NCBI RefSeq assembly: GCF_020745735.1 | Contig: NC_083405.1 | Location: 76,350,345-76,414,344, forward strand | Reading direction: 5' to 3' | Source of the DNA: Hemiscyllium ocellatum | Taxonomy: Eukaryota | DNA: 64,000 nucleotides | Shown: piece by piece, positions 50,439 to 63,349 of the stretch | Numbering within the stretch: the first letter of the stretch is position 1 | Layout of the letters: the number at the start of each line of letters is the position of its first letter | Program-made: the position numbers and the translations under genes | Notes under the pieces: generated by a model | What the model was told of the DNA's origin: nothing | Seen by the model: the letters and a program-made list of their open reading frames with translations, nothing else | Databases searched by the model: none

Positions 50439-51170
50439 TGATCATTTTGTTTATTTTTGTGACATCAATTCATTTGGAAGACAAACACTGCAGGGAATCA
50501 AATGAGGACATTCCATTGACTACTGCGTTTTGAGAGTCAAATTCCATTTGGCTAACATAGTTACTTCAGTAACATANNNNNNNNNNNNNNNNNNNNNNNN
50601 NNNNNNNNNNNNNNNNNNNNNNNNNNNNNNNNNNNNNNNNNNNNNNNNNNNNNNNNNNNNNNNNNNNNNNNNNNNNNNNNNNNNNNNNNNNNNNNNNNNN
50701 NNNNNNNNNNNNNNNNNNNNNNNNNNNNNNNNGAACAAAGAACAATAGAAAGAATGGGAGAAAGAGAGAATGACAGAATGATCAAATTCTTCCATTCTTT
50801 CTTGTGTCAGAATAGGTACATTACTGAAGTAACTATGTTAATCAAATGGAATTTGATTCTCAAAATACAGTAGTCAAAGAAACATCTTAATTTGATTCAC
50901 CGTCGTATTTGGCTTCTGAGTGAATTTATGTCACAACAAACATCCAAAATGATCAAATGGTGGAAATCTATTCCTTCCTTCCTTCCTTCCTTCCTCCCTC
51001 CCTCCCTCCATTCCATTTGATAATTCCATTTATTTTTGTGACATCGATTCACTTGGAACACAAATACAACGTTAAACCAAATGAGGACATTGTATTGACT
51101 ACTGCATTTGAGAATTAAATTCCATTTGGCCAACATAGTTACTTCAGTAACATAAATACTCTGACATGAG
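50439..51170. repeat. Three ~140-150-bp units in alternating orientation around an assembly gap
   Basis: Forward about 50439-50576, reverse about 50800-50958, forward about 51017-51170. Shared aaattccatttggcyaacatagttacttcagtaa. Confidence 0.8.
50577..50732. other. Assembly gap (156 N)
   Basis: Run of N. Confidence 1.
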
Positions 51171-51320
51171 AAAGAATGAAAGAATGAAAGAAAAAAGAAT
51201 GAAAGGAGGAAAGAAGAAAGGAACAAAAGAAAGAGGAAAGAAGAAGAAAGAAGGAAAGAAGAAGAAAGAAGGAAAGAAGAAGAAAGTAGGGAAGGAAGGA
51301 AATGATAGAAAGAAAGAACA
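51168..51320. repeat. Purine-rich (GAAA/GAAG)n low-complexity tract
   Basis: Visible directly. A (TTCC)n tract also lies at 50970-51015. Confidence 0.9.
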
Positions 51321-51773
51321 ATCGATCATATGGTAGAAATAGATTTCACAGTTGGGCCCTCACCCACCTTCAAGTGCTCCCAATGCTTTTGGCCATTTCA
51401 GAGACACCACCCAAATCCAGCAGTCTCCAGCTGTCACCACTTTAGATCCCTCTCCCTATTTGGTCCCAGGGTTCCCAGCATTTACACCTGTGGGATGTAG
51501 TCCCAGCATTGGCCATTGCTTCCTGTGGGGCTGCTGGGATTGCCAACCTCAATCGGATTAGCCAACAGCTCTCTGAGCCAAGACTTCCTCCTGAGTGAGG
51601 AAATGAGGTCTCACACCCAGCTCTATCCAGTATTGATTCATCTGGAGCTTTCATTGAATGACTTGGACAAAATATCGAGAGTTTTGCAGGAGTACAAAGC
51701 AGTTGGTAATAACTAAAACTGCTCTTCTTATTAAGTATTAATTTAACCCTTTATTTACTACGGGAATAATTAC

Positions 51774-51928
51774 CTGTGCCTAGGCAGGTAGTTTTGCAAC
51801 ACTGTACGTCCAATGTCCATGGTATTGGCACCCTCGCTGACTATAATACAATCTTCTGGTAGCACTGCTTGGATGTTGTGGAACACAGTGTAATAATTCA
51901 TGGGCAGGGTTTTCTGTGCAGCCAAAGC
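51774..51928 (-). CDS. HACL1: HACL1 coding exon, 155 bp, phase 0-2
   Basis: ttccag|GCT...CAG|gtaatt. Translates [51 protein letters not shown](R). PMNYYTVF and [13 protein letters not shown] are diagnostic of HACL1. Confidence 0.97.
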
Positions 51929-53485
51929 CTGGAATTCAGAAAATCTTGACTTGTCAAGTAATAATCTTTTGCGATATAAGGTGACAAGTAGCCAACTGAC
52001 GCTTATTACCATAGCTAAGATATTACATCATGAGTCTTTTGTAAACTCATGACTGTGTAAACTCATGACCATTGGTAGCATCTTGTTCTATTAGAAACTC
52101 ACTTCAGATAAGACGCTGAAACAAGTGTGTTCTTAGGGTCCAGTATGGTCTGTGTGCACTGATCAAAACTCATCCTCCAAACTGACAAATGATTGCATAA
52201 TTTAAGATGATACCAAATCATAATACTTTGGGATAGGAGTTTGCATTGCCAAGGGTGCAGCCCTACAGATAAAATGTTAAACTAAAGTTTCAGTGCCTAT
52301 TGAGGTGAACAGGATGTAACAATGTTGGTGGCTACGGTACTGATCCAACAATCTACAGGTCATTAAATTAATGCCAACATGAAGTCGTAAAGTTGTGAGA
52401 CTCAATTCTAAAAAGCTCATCTATTTAAATGACACAAAGTAGGAGGACCACTGTTGAAATCCAAATAGATTTACGAGGCAAAAGACCTGCTCCTGCTACC
52501 CAGTCTGATCTGCATGTGACAGTACTTCCACTTGATAGAAATAAAATACTAATGCTTGAGAACCACTCAAAACAAGCAAACAGTATTGCCTTGCTAGTAC
52601 TGTCATATCACAAAAGTAAGTATAAAAGACATTGAGGAGTGAATTTTCATTTTCAGCTGAAATGATGCGACATTGACAGACATGGCCAAAGATGGACTCA
52701 CTGTTCAAAATATTTTATTCGTTCACAGGTCATGGGCAGCAATGGCTCAGTGACAATCAAGCAACTGCCATATTATTTAAGTTGGACTGGTGTGTGATTT
52801 GAAGGGAAAGTTATAGGCACTGGTGTTCCCTTGCATCTGCTGTCTGGTGACAATTAAACATGGCAAGCAGGTACCTAAACTTGGAGGGCCAGGAGAACAG
52901 CAAGCCACACAGTCAGGGGTTGAAGGGAGAGTGCGCAAGGGAGAGTGCGTGAGGGAAAGCGTGAGCTGTTGCCCCAAAACGGAAGAGCACCTGAGTTACA
53001 CTGAAATGAATTTCAAAACTGGCCACAACCTGTGATGACTGTAGTGGAAGACACTCCATAGGGAGACCTATGACCATGGATATGGAGATCACAGAATGTT
53101 GGCTACTGAAGGTATGGTGAGAGGTTCAAATACAGTATAAAGTGCTCCCCTCAGCCCTGGCCAAATCCCTGCATTAGTTCAGCTCTGGACACTGCAGCTG
53201 GCCTCAAAACCTTAGCCCTTTAAATGGCTGTTTGTGGGCGTGCAGCCAAGTTAACTGTCACCCCACCAAACCGGACACGACTTAAAACGGGCCAGAGTTA
53301 GGAACATCTGGACCAAATAGCACCTCACTGGGCAGTCCCAATCTGCCAGGCCTCCTGTATCCATGCCTACCAATACCACACCCCATCCCTCCCCCTCCAC
53401 CACATCCAACTGCTGTACAACTCAAACATTCTACCCGAGAAGTGTGGTTTCACCGACTTTGATATTTCAGTAAACATGAAGGAGT

Positions 53486-53797
53486 GGGCGGCACGGTGGC
53501 ACAGTGGTTAGCACTGCTGCCTCACAGCGCCTGAGACCCGGGTTCAGTTCCCGACTCAGGCGACTGTGTGGAGTTTGCACGTTCTCCCCGTATCTGTGTG
53601 GGTTTCCTCTGGGTGCTCCGGTTTCCTCCCACAGTCCAAAGATGTGCGGGTCAGGTGAATTGGCCATGCTAAATTGTCCCTACCTTAGATAAGGGGTAAA
53701 TGTAGGGGTATGGGTGGGTTGCGCTTCGGCGGGTCGGTGTGGACTTGTTGGGCCAAAGGGCCTGTTTCCACACTGTAAGTGATCTAATCTAATCTAA
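53486..53797 (+). mobile_element. Full-length HE1 SINE (V-SINE superfamily)
   Basis: tRNA head with A box tggcacagtgg and B box ggttcagttcc. V-domain gtggagtttgcac.ttctccccgt...gggtgctccggtttcctcccacagtccaaagat. CR1-derived tail and (aatct)n. Confidence 0.92.
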
Positions 53798-54167
53798 GAT
53801 TCCATTAAATGCTCACTATTTAGCGCCAGTTGGGCAATCTTGCTGCAAGTAACACTTTTGTTTGATTCACTTAAATAAACATTTCTGAAGCAAGTGTTGA
53901 CTTCTTCTAAATAAATGCTTTTCTTCCTTATTGATTGGTTAGATCATTACTGTGGTTTAAAGTGTTCTTTTTTTATGGCATATAGTTACCAGTCAGGGCA
54001 GTTACTGAGTAATAATCTTTTTAACTATCCCTCAGTAGAAAGCACTAGATTTCCCATGTGGATTACCAAAATGGCCAGTACAGAATAATGTAGCAAACTA
54101 ATTTACAATGATATTTAAAAAATGGTTCACAATTTCAATAATTGCTGATTTCCAAAAAACAGCTATT

Positions 54168-54450
54168 CACAGAATCATAGAATTCCTACAGTATGGAAGC
54201 AGGCCATTTGGCCCATCGTGTCTACACTGCCGCTCCAAACAGCATCCCACCCAGAGCCACCCCGCTTATCCTATCCCTGTAACCCTACATTTCCCATGGC
54301 CAATCCACCTAGCCTGCACATCTTTGGACTGTGGGAGAAAACCCATGCAGACACAGGTAGAACATGCAAATTCCACACAAAGTCGCCCAAAGGTGGAATC
54401 GAACCTGGATCTGTGGCACTGTGATGTTAACTACTGAGTTATCATGCCCC
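54168..54450 (-). mobile_element. HE1 SINE, decayed
   Basis: Reverse complement V-domain (tgcacatctttggactgtgggagaaaaccc) and tail. Confidence 0.8.
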
Positions 54451-55130
54451 CCTATCTGTTCCTGAAATAGAAGACATAATTTTTTTATTCAGGTGATCAT
54501 TACCCTGCTGTGCCTTTCATATTTCTGAGCGTATTTCAAAATTTTCTTCACTCTTGCTTCTTTCCCCCACACCTGTAGCCACTTGTTTCTTAATGCTAAC
54601 AGATTGTCACTACTTCTCCAGCCAATATTATTTTCCTTGAAGAGGAGTTGAGAATAACCTCTAGAATATTCTTTCATGCAAATAGAAATTAAGCTGTCAA
54701 TGAAAATGTGTGAAATATTTCAATTCTCGTCTTAACACTCAATGTAAAAGTGTCAATCAAACCCACAAATTAAAAATAAACTGAATAATCATAGCTCATA
54801 TCTTAAATAGATCATAATCTTTCTGCTAGAATTTTCCATCAGTCTTTCTCCCCTCAGAAATGTAGCCTTCCTCTGGTTGGAACACTTCACTCTGTGATCC
54901 AGGAAGAAACACAAATGAGGTTTCAAATGTCAATCAAAACTGACATTTTAATCACATCCTGCCAGGCTGCTGTGAACAATTTATTTAAATTAGTAGTAGT
55001 TTAAGAAATTTAATCATAATGAATGGCATAAATGACACAAGTCACATCTTTCCATCAATATACAGAACTGTATTAATTCAGACAATCATTTGCAATAGAA
55101 ATATATCATTCAACAGTTTTGCCGATTTAC

Positions 55131-55232
55131 CTTGGATTCTTCTTCATTGTCTTTCATTTTCTCCTTTAGGCGAAGCCACCACTCAGAGTTGGATGGGTAA
55201 GTCCAAGGGTTAATCCTGAAGCACTCCAATAA
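55131..55232 (-). CDS. HACL1: HACL1 internal coding exon (sixth from last), 102 bp, phase 0-0
   Basis: Minus strand tttcag|TTA...AAG|gtaaat. Translates [34 protein letters not shown], resembling the vertebrate HACL1 PWxYP..WW..L.EKMK.NE segment. In frame with the next exon. Confidence 0.92.
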
Positions 55233-55816
55233 CTGAAAAACAAAAGTTGCAGTTATATCACTGAATAAGAGGCAGAAAATAAATAAATTGATATACTGGA
55301 AATAAATCATCGTGTTGATTTTTTTTCAAAATCTCCTATAACAAGATACCAATAGAATTAAAAGAGATTATAGATAGTTACATGGAAGAGGTTTCCTGTG
55401 AGCAGCCAATGTGCTGAATGAGAAATGCTTACAAAATAACCTACAATGGGAAATGTTAATGCAAGAGTGTGATCACAAATTGAGAAAACTTGAATGAAGA
55501 TTGAAGACAGGAAGCATGGATCCTCTGCAAGGCACACTGGCACATATACAACACTGCACAGGCAGCTGTGCCAATTCATGTCACCATGTTTCTACCCACC
55601 AATGGAAACAACTTCACTGCTTCGGTCTTATTTATTCTCTTCATAAATTTATGTGTTTCTATAAGATCACCCCCTCATTCCTCTAAATTCCAATGAGTAA
55701 AGCCCTAGTTACCAAATCTCAGATTGCAATTGAATATGTACAGCAAAAATTTCAAAGTGTGCAGATAATGCAAAACTTGGAAGTAAATGTAGAACTTAAG
55801 AGTCAGAGATCTACTG

Positions 55817-56130
55817 CATGGTGTGGCTCAGTATTAGTACTACTGCCTCACAGCGCCAGGGACCTGGGTTCAATTCCACCCTCAGGCAATTCTCTGTGCA
55901 GGGTTTGCACATTTGCCCTGTGTCTGGATAGGTTTTCTCTGGGTGTTCCAGTTTTTTCCCACAGTCCAAAGATGTGCAGGTGAGGTGGATTGTCCATGGT
56001 GTCCAGGGATGTGGAGGCTTGGTGATGAGCCATGGGAAATACAGAGTTACAAGAACTGGGTGGGAAAGTCTTCAGAAAGTTGGTGTGGACTCAATGGACC
56101 AAATAGCCTGCTTCCACACAGTAGAGATTC
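55817..56130 (+). mobile_element. HE1 SINE, decayed
   Basis: ctgcctcacagcgccagggacctgggttcaattcc plus V-domain. Confidence 0.8.
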
Positions 56131-56199
56131 AGTGAAAAAGGCCTGTGGCCCATCACATCTGTGCCAGTCAACACTTCAAAAGGCCATTGCCAAGCCAAT

Positions 56200-56390
56200 G
56201 GAGTGAAAAGGTATAGTGCTGGAAAGTCACAGCACGTCAGCCAGCATCCAAGAAGCAGCACAGTCAACATTTCAATCATAAGCTCTTCAAAACATTGATT
56301 TGCCTGCTCCTCAGATGCTGCCTGACTTGCTGTGCTTTTCCAGTGCCACATATTTTGACTCTGATCTCCAGCATCTGCAGTCCTCACTTT
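56200..56390. mobile_element. Palindromic Penelope-derived repeat
   Basis: gctggaaagtcacagca...cagcatcc is inverted versus gatgctgcc...tgctgtgcttttccag. The centre lies at the hammerhead remnant. Confidence 0.65.
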
Positions 56391-57759
56391 GGGAGGGGAG
56401 TGGACAAATGGATGGCAGATAAAGCTCAACACAAAGAAGTGCGAGGTGATATATTTTAGTGGAAATAACTTGGACATACAATATGAAAGAAAGGGTCCTA
56501 TCCTAAGAAATGTGGAGGAGCAGACAAAACTGGGTGTGTGTATATGCACAAATCTTTAAAAGGTGAAGACAGGTGAGGAGAGCAGTTATTAAAGCATGTG
56601 GTATCATCTGCTTTACCAATAGGAACAAAGAGTACAAGAGCTCTGGAGACAGCAAGAGAGTTTACTTGAATGATTTCAGAGATGAGAAACTTGAGTTATC
56701 AATGTAGATTTGAGAATTTGTTTCCCTTTTTTTGGGGGGGGGGGGGGGGGGAGGGGGGGGAGGATTTGAAGAGATTTGGTACATCAGGACCCAATAGCTG
56801 GCCCCAGGGGCTTGCTGTGCTTGGGTCAGGAAGAGAAGCTACTGTATTCAGTTTAAGAATCACAGGTGGGGCTAGGGTCCAGGTAGGTATCAGGACCACA
56901 GCCTATGATTCTTGTCCCTGTCCTTGGATAACTGTTAAATCAATGCCTCTAAATCAACACTGATAGCAACTGCACACCCAAGACTTGATGCTTCCCACCA
57001 CACCCAATCTAACCACTGACTCTTTCATCCAACCCAGAATTGACAACACCAACTACACTTAACCTGATCACACATTCCCAGGCCTTTATACCCTCCCCAG
57101 TTCCAACAACTCCCTGCCAGACACCAAACTGAAATCCCCGCTCCATCCTCAGTACCTGGCTCCCTACAACCCCTACATACAGCCTACAATACCACCTCCA
57201 CACCAACACATTTCAACTCCCGATACATCTAACACTAATCACCCAACCTCCCCTAGTCTCCCATTACCACCTCCCAGTTAGAACTCCAACCAGATCTGTC
57301 CCAACAAATTCAAAATTTCACCCCTCTCAACCTAACCCCTTTCAACTTATCCAAAGTACAGATCCACTTGCCTGCCATCATACCCTATCATCCACTTGGA
57401 ACCCTATCCTCCCCCCTCACCCTCCTGCCACTTCACTCCCCAGCCAAGTGCCACATCAATTCCTAACACATCTCACACCTGGTACCCTAAACCCAGCTAC
57501 CACTCTCACCCCTCACTGATCTCATGCACTCACTTCCCCTCAGTAGGTGTGACAGTGGTTTCAAAACCTTTTAAACCTGGAACATGGCAGAATGTTGAAT
57601 TTGGCACTCTGCTAACAACACTCATCCACTTTGCTATCAGCCATATAGATTCCTGGACTAAAACTGCTTTACTTAGCTCAGAGTCCACAATGAGAATTCT
57701 TCAGAATGTGAGTGTGGATTTTTTTTTATGGCTGATCAGGATTGGAATCCATTCCCATT

Positions 57760-58020
57760 CATATAACATGGAGCAGTACAGTGCAGGAATAAACCCTACG
57801 GCCCACCATGTCTGTACTGACCATGATGCCATTCTAAACTAATCCCATCTGTCTGTACATGGATCATATCCCCCTATTCTTTGTCTGTTTATGTGCCTGT
57901 CTGAATGCCTCTTAAACATTGCAATCGCACCTGCTTTTACCATTGCTCCTTTCAGAGCATTCCAGGCATCTAAGTAAAAATCTTTACTTGCACATCTCCT
58001 TTAAACATCTCCCCTCACCT
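57760..58020 (-). mobile_element. CR1 3' tail fragment
   Basis: Same family as the 27800-28115 plus-strand CR1 tail. Confidence 0.65.
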
Positions 58021-58028
58021 GATCAGAA

Positions 58029-58346
58029 TTAGATTAGATTCCCTACAGTGTGGAAACAAGCCCTTCAGCCCACCAAGTCCACACCGACCCTCCGAAGAGC
58101 AAACCACCCAGATCCATTCCCCTACATTTACCCCTGCACCTAACACTATGGGCAATTTAGCACGGCAATTCACCTAGCCTGCACATCTTTGAACTGTGGT
58201 AGGAAAGCGGAGCACCCGGAGGAAACCCACGCAGACACGGGGAGAACGTGCAAACTCCACACAGACAGTTGCCCGAGGCAGGAATTGAATCCAGATCCCT
58301 AGGGCTGTGAGGCAGCAGTGCTAATGACTGAGCCACCGTGCCACCC
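58029..58346 (-). mobile_element. Full-length HE1 SINE
   Basis: Reverse complement of the 53486 element, with intact V-domain and (aatct)n tail. Confidence 0.92.
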
Positions 58347-61300
58347 CCACGTACTTGGGCCCACATGTTTACCATCCTAAGGCCAAACAAACAGACTGCA
58401 ACCATCATTAATTAGACTTCTCAGATAGTCATTGCATCAAGGCACAGCATAACAGTCAATAGAGTGGAGAACACTATTGAAAAAAATTGTAAATAAAATA
58501 GTTATCTATATATTAATAGCACTTGATGAATAAACACATAAGAACAACTAAGTTAAGTAAGTTAGCAATAATGAAATCATTAAATCCTCAAGCCATTAAA
58601 TCCTATAAGTGTTGTATTATACATCAAAAGGTTGCAGCAAGTTCAATTTCTTTTGGAGAACAATGAAGTCCATGTTGCAGTTGTTGTAGTCTTAAGAACT
58701 GGTATCTAGGGAGCATTGTTGGAGAAAGTCTGCGCCTCTGATTTTTTCAAGACTTAACCCACAACATCTTCATGAGCTACACTGCCTGTTATTCATGCAG
58801 CTTTCTCCACATGCTCCACTGACTTTCTATTTATTAATCTCTGCAGCTGCACACAATGCAGCTATTTCAGATGCTGAAGAGTCTATTTACTATCTTCACT
58901 GCAACAAACAGGCGAATGCAAAAGATTAAGTAATGTTTAGCCAAAATAATTGAAAATGACTATTTACCAAAAAGATATAATGTGCCTTTGCAATAACATA
59001 AATTACAATGTTTGCTGCTAAGATAATTAGTGCTTCCTGTATTTCAAGTTTTGTTGAAAGTGTGCGTGGATCATGAAAGCAGTGATAAAGACAGAACTGT
59101 AATTTGTACACTACTCAAACCAGATTTAATTACTCCCAAGTGTGATATTATAGACTTCAGAACTTTAATAACTGTTCATGGGATTGAATGAATCAACAAA
59201 GATAAACTGTTACACTCGGAAATAACACTGTCTGGAATAAGCTATTAAAGGACAAGGACAAACATATACAGGAATTGAAAGCAAGTGGAGGTTACATAGA
59301 CAAGATTGCTTGATAAACTGGATGTTTTATACTATAAGCATAACTGATTGTCCTGCAGAAGAAATTAAGGAGTTAATCACAGGAAAGCTGCGTCTTCAAA
59401 CAGACAGTTAAGGTCAAATGTAAAAAAAAACAAAGAAGTTACTTTTGGTTGGAAGGCAAGCTGCACGTTGTAATAATGGACAGATTTTGAAAAAATCATC
59501 AATACATCACCTCAGAGACCAAAGGATGAAAATCTGTATAAGAATCGAACACAAGACAATTGCAGAACTTCGAAGAACAACGCTGCAGAAGGACCAAACT
59601 CTGGAAACTTCCAGAGACAGGCCATCATTGGTTAAACTCCTGGCCAGATTTCATCATTAATTGGGTAATAGAAAGGTGCATTGCAGCCTTACACTTGCTT
59701 CCTTGAGGGGTATTATATTTAGTTGCTAAATGCAATAAAGTTTGAATTATTGTTTCGGTACTTGATTGTACGGGAGATTACTTAATAAGTAGTCAAATTA
59801 AACATAAATTGTGGTGATTTGCCCAAAACATAAACTATGCTAAGGCTCAGCTAATCTACAGATCTGGTCTCAGGCCAATGATTACATAGTGCCAAGAGAA
59901 GTTGGCAAGACTCAATTAATGTTGCAGATCACACTAGATCTGCTTGCACTCTGCCCGTGAAATGAGTCACTGCTATACATCCATGCAAAGCTTTTGTATG
60001 CAGCATGTACTTCCTTGTCTGTCATATTTCAGTTATTGTGGAAATTTTTATGCATAATTACCAGTTTTATTCTGCTCAACTTATAATTATCAATATTTAA
60101 CAATTACCATCTGAATCAATCAATTTGCTGTAAAACAATTTTGCATCTATTTTCACCCTCGGCCACGATTGTCTTCATCAGCTTCCAAAATGCACAGAAC
60201 TGACCTGGCCTGGGATTTTGTTATTAAATTTAATTATAGACAAACTAGCATCAGCAGGCATGTATAAGGTGACAACAAATTGATGTGTGGACGGATGAGC
60301 AGCTATCAATGACAAAGGCCTTCTGTCTGCCAACAGGTATGTGATTAGCTCCCAGGTACCTGAACAGCTTGTGGGTATGGATTGTACAACCAGAAGCTTA
60401 TGGACATTTGGAATGGGACGTGTCTGTCTTTCTGTAGTCAAAGATACCTAGAGCTTGAAGAAATCCAATTTATTTTCCCTCACCAGTTACTGCAAGCTAT
60501 GGCTTTTACCCCAATAAGCTAGAGACTTTATAAGTTGTGACCAGTCGCTCTGTTCCTCCTGCAAGCATATAGAACTCCTGTAGAAGACAGACCGAGGAAC
60601 AGCATGGCCTAACAAGTGAATAGAATCATTTCTTGAACCCTGTGGTCAGGGACCATTGAACTGCCTTGCCAGCATCTCCCTCCATGCATAACACTCATTT
60701 GCATAATACTCATTTTTTGATGTCTACATGAGAGTGTAAGGTGGGGGGGATGATTTCTAAAGGGGTCAGAATTTTAATTACTAGTTATATGTCAACATTT
60801 CATAGATATTTACCTATAGCTGGAATCTATTTATGTCAAATAAATAGTCATTTCTGTTAAGAACAGTTTGTGTTTTTGTGGTTCATGATTTGACAAACTG
60901 GGCTGATAAAGACAGGTAGCCTGAGGAACTTTCGCACACTTTTATAAAATCTTTAACTTTTTGGATAACAACAGGTATAGTGAGGTTTTCTAATGGGTTA
61001 CCCAGCAAGATGTGACAGCAGACTGATCAGGAGGCCCATCTCAGCCCTCGAGGACAATGGCCCAGCTCAGTTTTAAGTCCCTTAACCTTACCCCTTTCAT
61101 ATACGAAGCCAAGCACTCCTCACTTATGTACATACTTGTTAAAACATTAACTTTCAGAATCGCCTGAACTTGAAGGAACATGTGATGTATTTTCCATTTC
61201 AAAGAAGGTTAACTGTCAATCAATGAAGTGGAGGTGGTAGTGAGTTGAGAAGAAGGTGGTTGTTAAAACTTTTTAACAATCAATAGCCGGGCATTTTTTA

Positions 61301-61856
61301 AAAATAAATTGTACATGACATTCAAGTTGAGTCCAAAATATTTGTCAGCTGCTTTGAATACATTAAAGCACTCCCCCCCACCCCCCCCGCATTTTTCAGT
61401 GGGTTTCCCAAACGTCCTATTGTTTCAAAATTTCCTATTGTTCTCAGAGGCAACCTGACCTCAGAATAGATGTATGTGCTTTTAATATCTAAGGACTTCC
61501 TGACGCATGAATAAATTAGATCTAGAACAAAGGAAATCTGTTTTACAGCCACTACAAAATCACAACTTCAGGTATCTTGAACAGATTTCCACTTCCAAAA
61601 TGTGATGGAAATCTGGCCTGTTAAATTTTAAAAATTATGGTTACATGTACAGGCATTCTCTCATGTACAGCGGTGTTCATTATTCTCAGTCACCTAAATG
61701 GAATGCTTAAGGATGTTTAGGGGTCTTAATGCATAATATCCAACAATGTGATAATGTAACTCAATAGTGAAAGGTAAAGTAAAGGTCACCATAGTCCTAT
61801 AGGACAATAGGCTGATTTCCCAGTAGGCAAAGATGACTCTGGTGGTGGTTTAACCT

Positions 61857-62056
61857 CAAGATCAGAGTGGTGCTGGAAATGCACAGCAGGTCAGGCAGCT
61901 TACGAGGAGCAGGAGCCTGATGATCATTCTTTCATCATTCCTGATGAAGAGCTCCTGCCTGAAATGTCAATTATCCTACTCCATGGATGCTGCCTGACCT
62001 GCTGTGCATTTCCAGCACCACTCTAATCTCCAGCAACTGCAGTACCCACTTTCACC
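61857..62056. mobile_element. Palindromic Penelope-derived repeat with 14-bp TSD, inserted in a SINE
   Basis: TGGTGGTTTAACCT at 61843-61856 and 62057-62070. Inverted arms. Hammerhead CTGATGA..GAAATGTC at 61941-61968. Confidence 0.8.
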
Positions 62057-62286
62057 TGGTGGTTTAACCTGACAACCACCAGATCTCAGGTGAGGAGAGA
62101 AGTTGAGAAGGAGATACCGTCAGGGTAACGTCAGCCAGTTTGGGAATTGAACCCACGTTGTTGACATCATCCTGCAATGCAAACTAGCCACCCAGGCAAC
62201 TGAGCTAACAGACCACCTGGGAAGGAGTAGAATCAGACTGTTCTAAACTGAATATTGCTTGATTCACATACACCAGTTCTGTGATC

Positions 62287-62975
62287 TGTTACGACACTGG
62301 GCAAACCCTCCTGCTTAATTTAAAACCAGCAACTCAAAAGATTTATCTCGTGCAGTAATCTGTAAATATTTGAGTAGCCAAGAACTATTTAAAGTAAAAA
62401 TTAACAACTTTATTTCTTAAAGTATAACAGAGAATAATTAACTAACAGCTATTTGCAATTCCTTTCTTTTACCTTCCTTTCTATAATATTAGACCAATAA
62501 AACTCCCAATTAAGATCTACAGAAAATTCAAATTTTAAAACCAGCCAGTAATTGAATCTCCTCTTTATCTTAGTCAATGGATTTTGCTCCCCAGGTTAGT
62601 GTTGAGGTTTTTCTCTGAGCAAACTTCTCCTCTAGACAGGTACTTCTCAAAGAGTTCGGACTAGCAGTCTACAGCTGTTGGTCTTCTGGCAGTTCTCCTC
62701 CCAACTGTTTAATTCTCCCCGGTCTTATACACCAAAGCATCAGATTATGTCATTGGCTTATAAGATTGTCAATATACACACTTCAGACTTGATTGGAATT
62801 TGGGGTATAATTTAAACTGATTGGCCTAATTCAAAACTGTTTTGGTGTGTCCAAGCAACCAGGTACCCGAGTAGCTGGACTACATGTTACATTGTTTGTT
62901 ATTGAGAACACTTGGTACTGTCACTGCTAGCTTTTAACTCTCTTAAAAGTGCAGTACACACACATCTTCATAACA
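62287..62975 (-). mobile_element. Probable solo LTR (Gypsy-like)
   Basis: Termini TGTTACGA...TCATAACA (TG..CA, short inverted ends), 689 bp, minus-strand AATAAA near 62410. The 4-bp flanks gatc/ggcc match only partly. Confidence 0.55.
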
Positions 62976-63349
62976 GGCCACCACAAAGGTGGACAATAAC
63001 ACTGGGGAAGAGGCCTGATATAATAGTTGAAACGCTTAATTTCATAATCAGCAAGTGGACACAAAAGGCATTAAAGTAAATTCCAACACGTTGGCTTAAA
63101 CTCAGACCTCTCCTCAAAAACATGGATCTAAATTTTGCAGCAGCACTGTCAGCAAACGATTAACCACCATTTTTCCAACTAGTCACTCCTTCTGGGATTT
63201 GATATCTAGACCCCTTGTGGGGCAAAATCAGTGACAAGCAGGAACTAAAAGGAGCTTTGCTGCTAGCTACAATTCCTTGGCTTCATCCTGCATGAAAAAC
63301 CTAACAGAAGGTGGAGATTGTTTAAAAATGCAACATTGCAATCAAAGAA

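Noticed and set aside
50520-51329. ORFs spanning the N gap and F/S/L-rich ORFs
   Set aside because: Artefacts of Ns and low-complexity purine tracts.
53486-53560. tRNA gene
   Set aside because: It is the tRNA-derived head of an HE1 SINE, continuing into the V-domain and LINE tail. The same applies to the other SINE heads.
56733-56763. Functional G-quadruplex
   Set aside because: Simple poly-G run at a repeat junction, possibly length-unreliable. No evidence of function.
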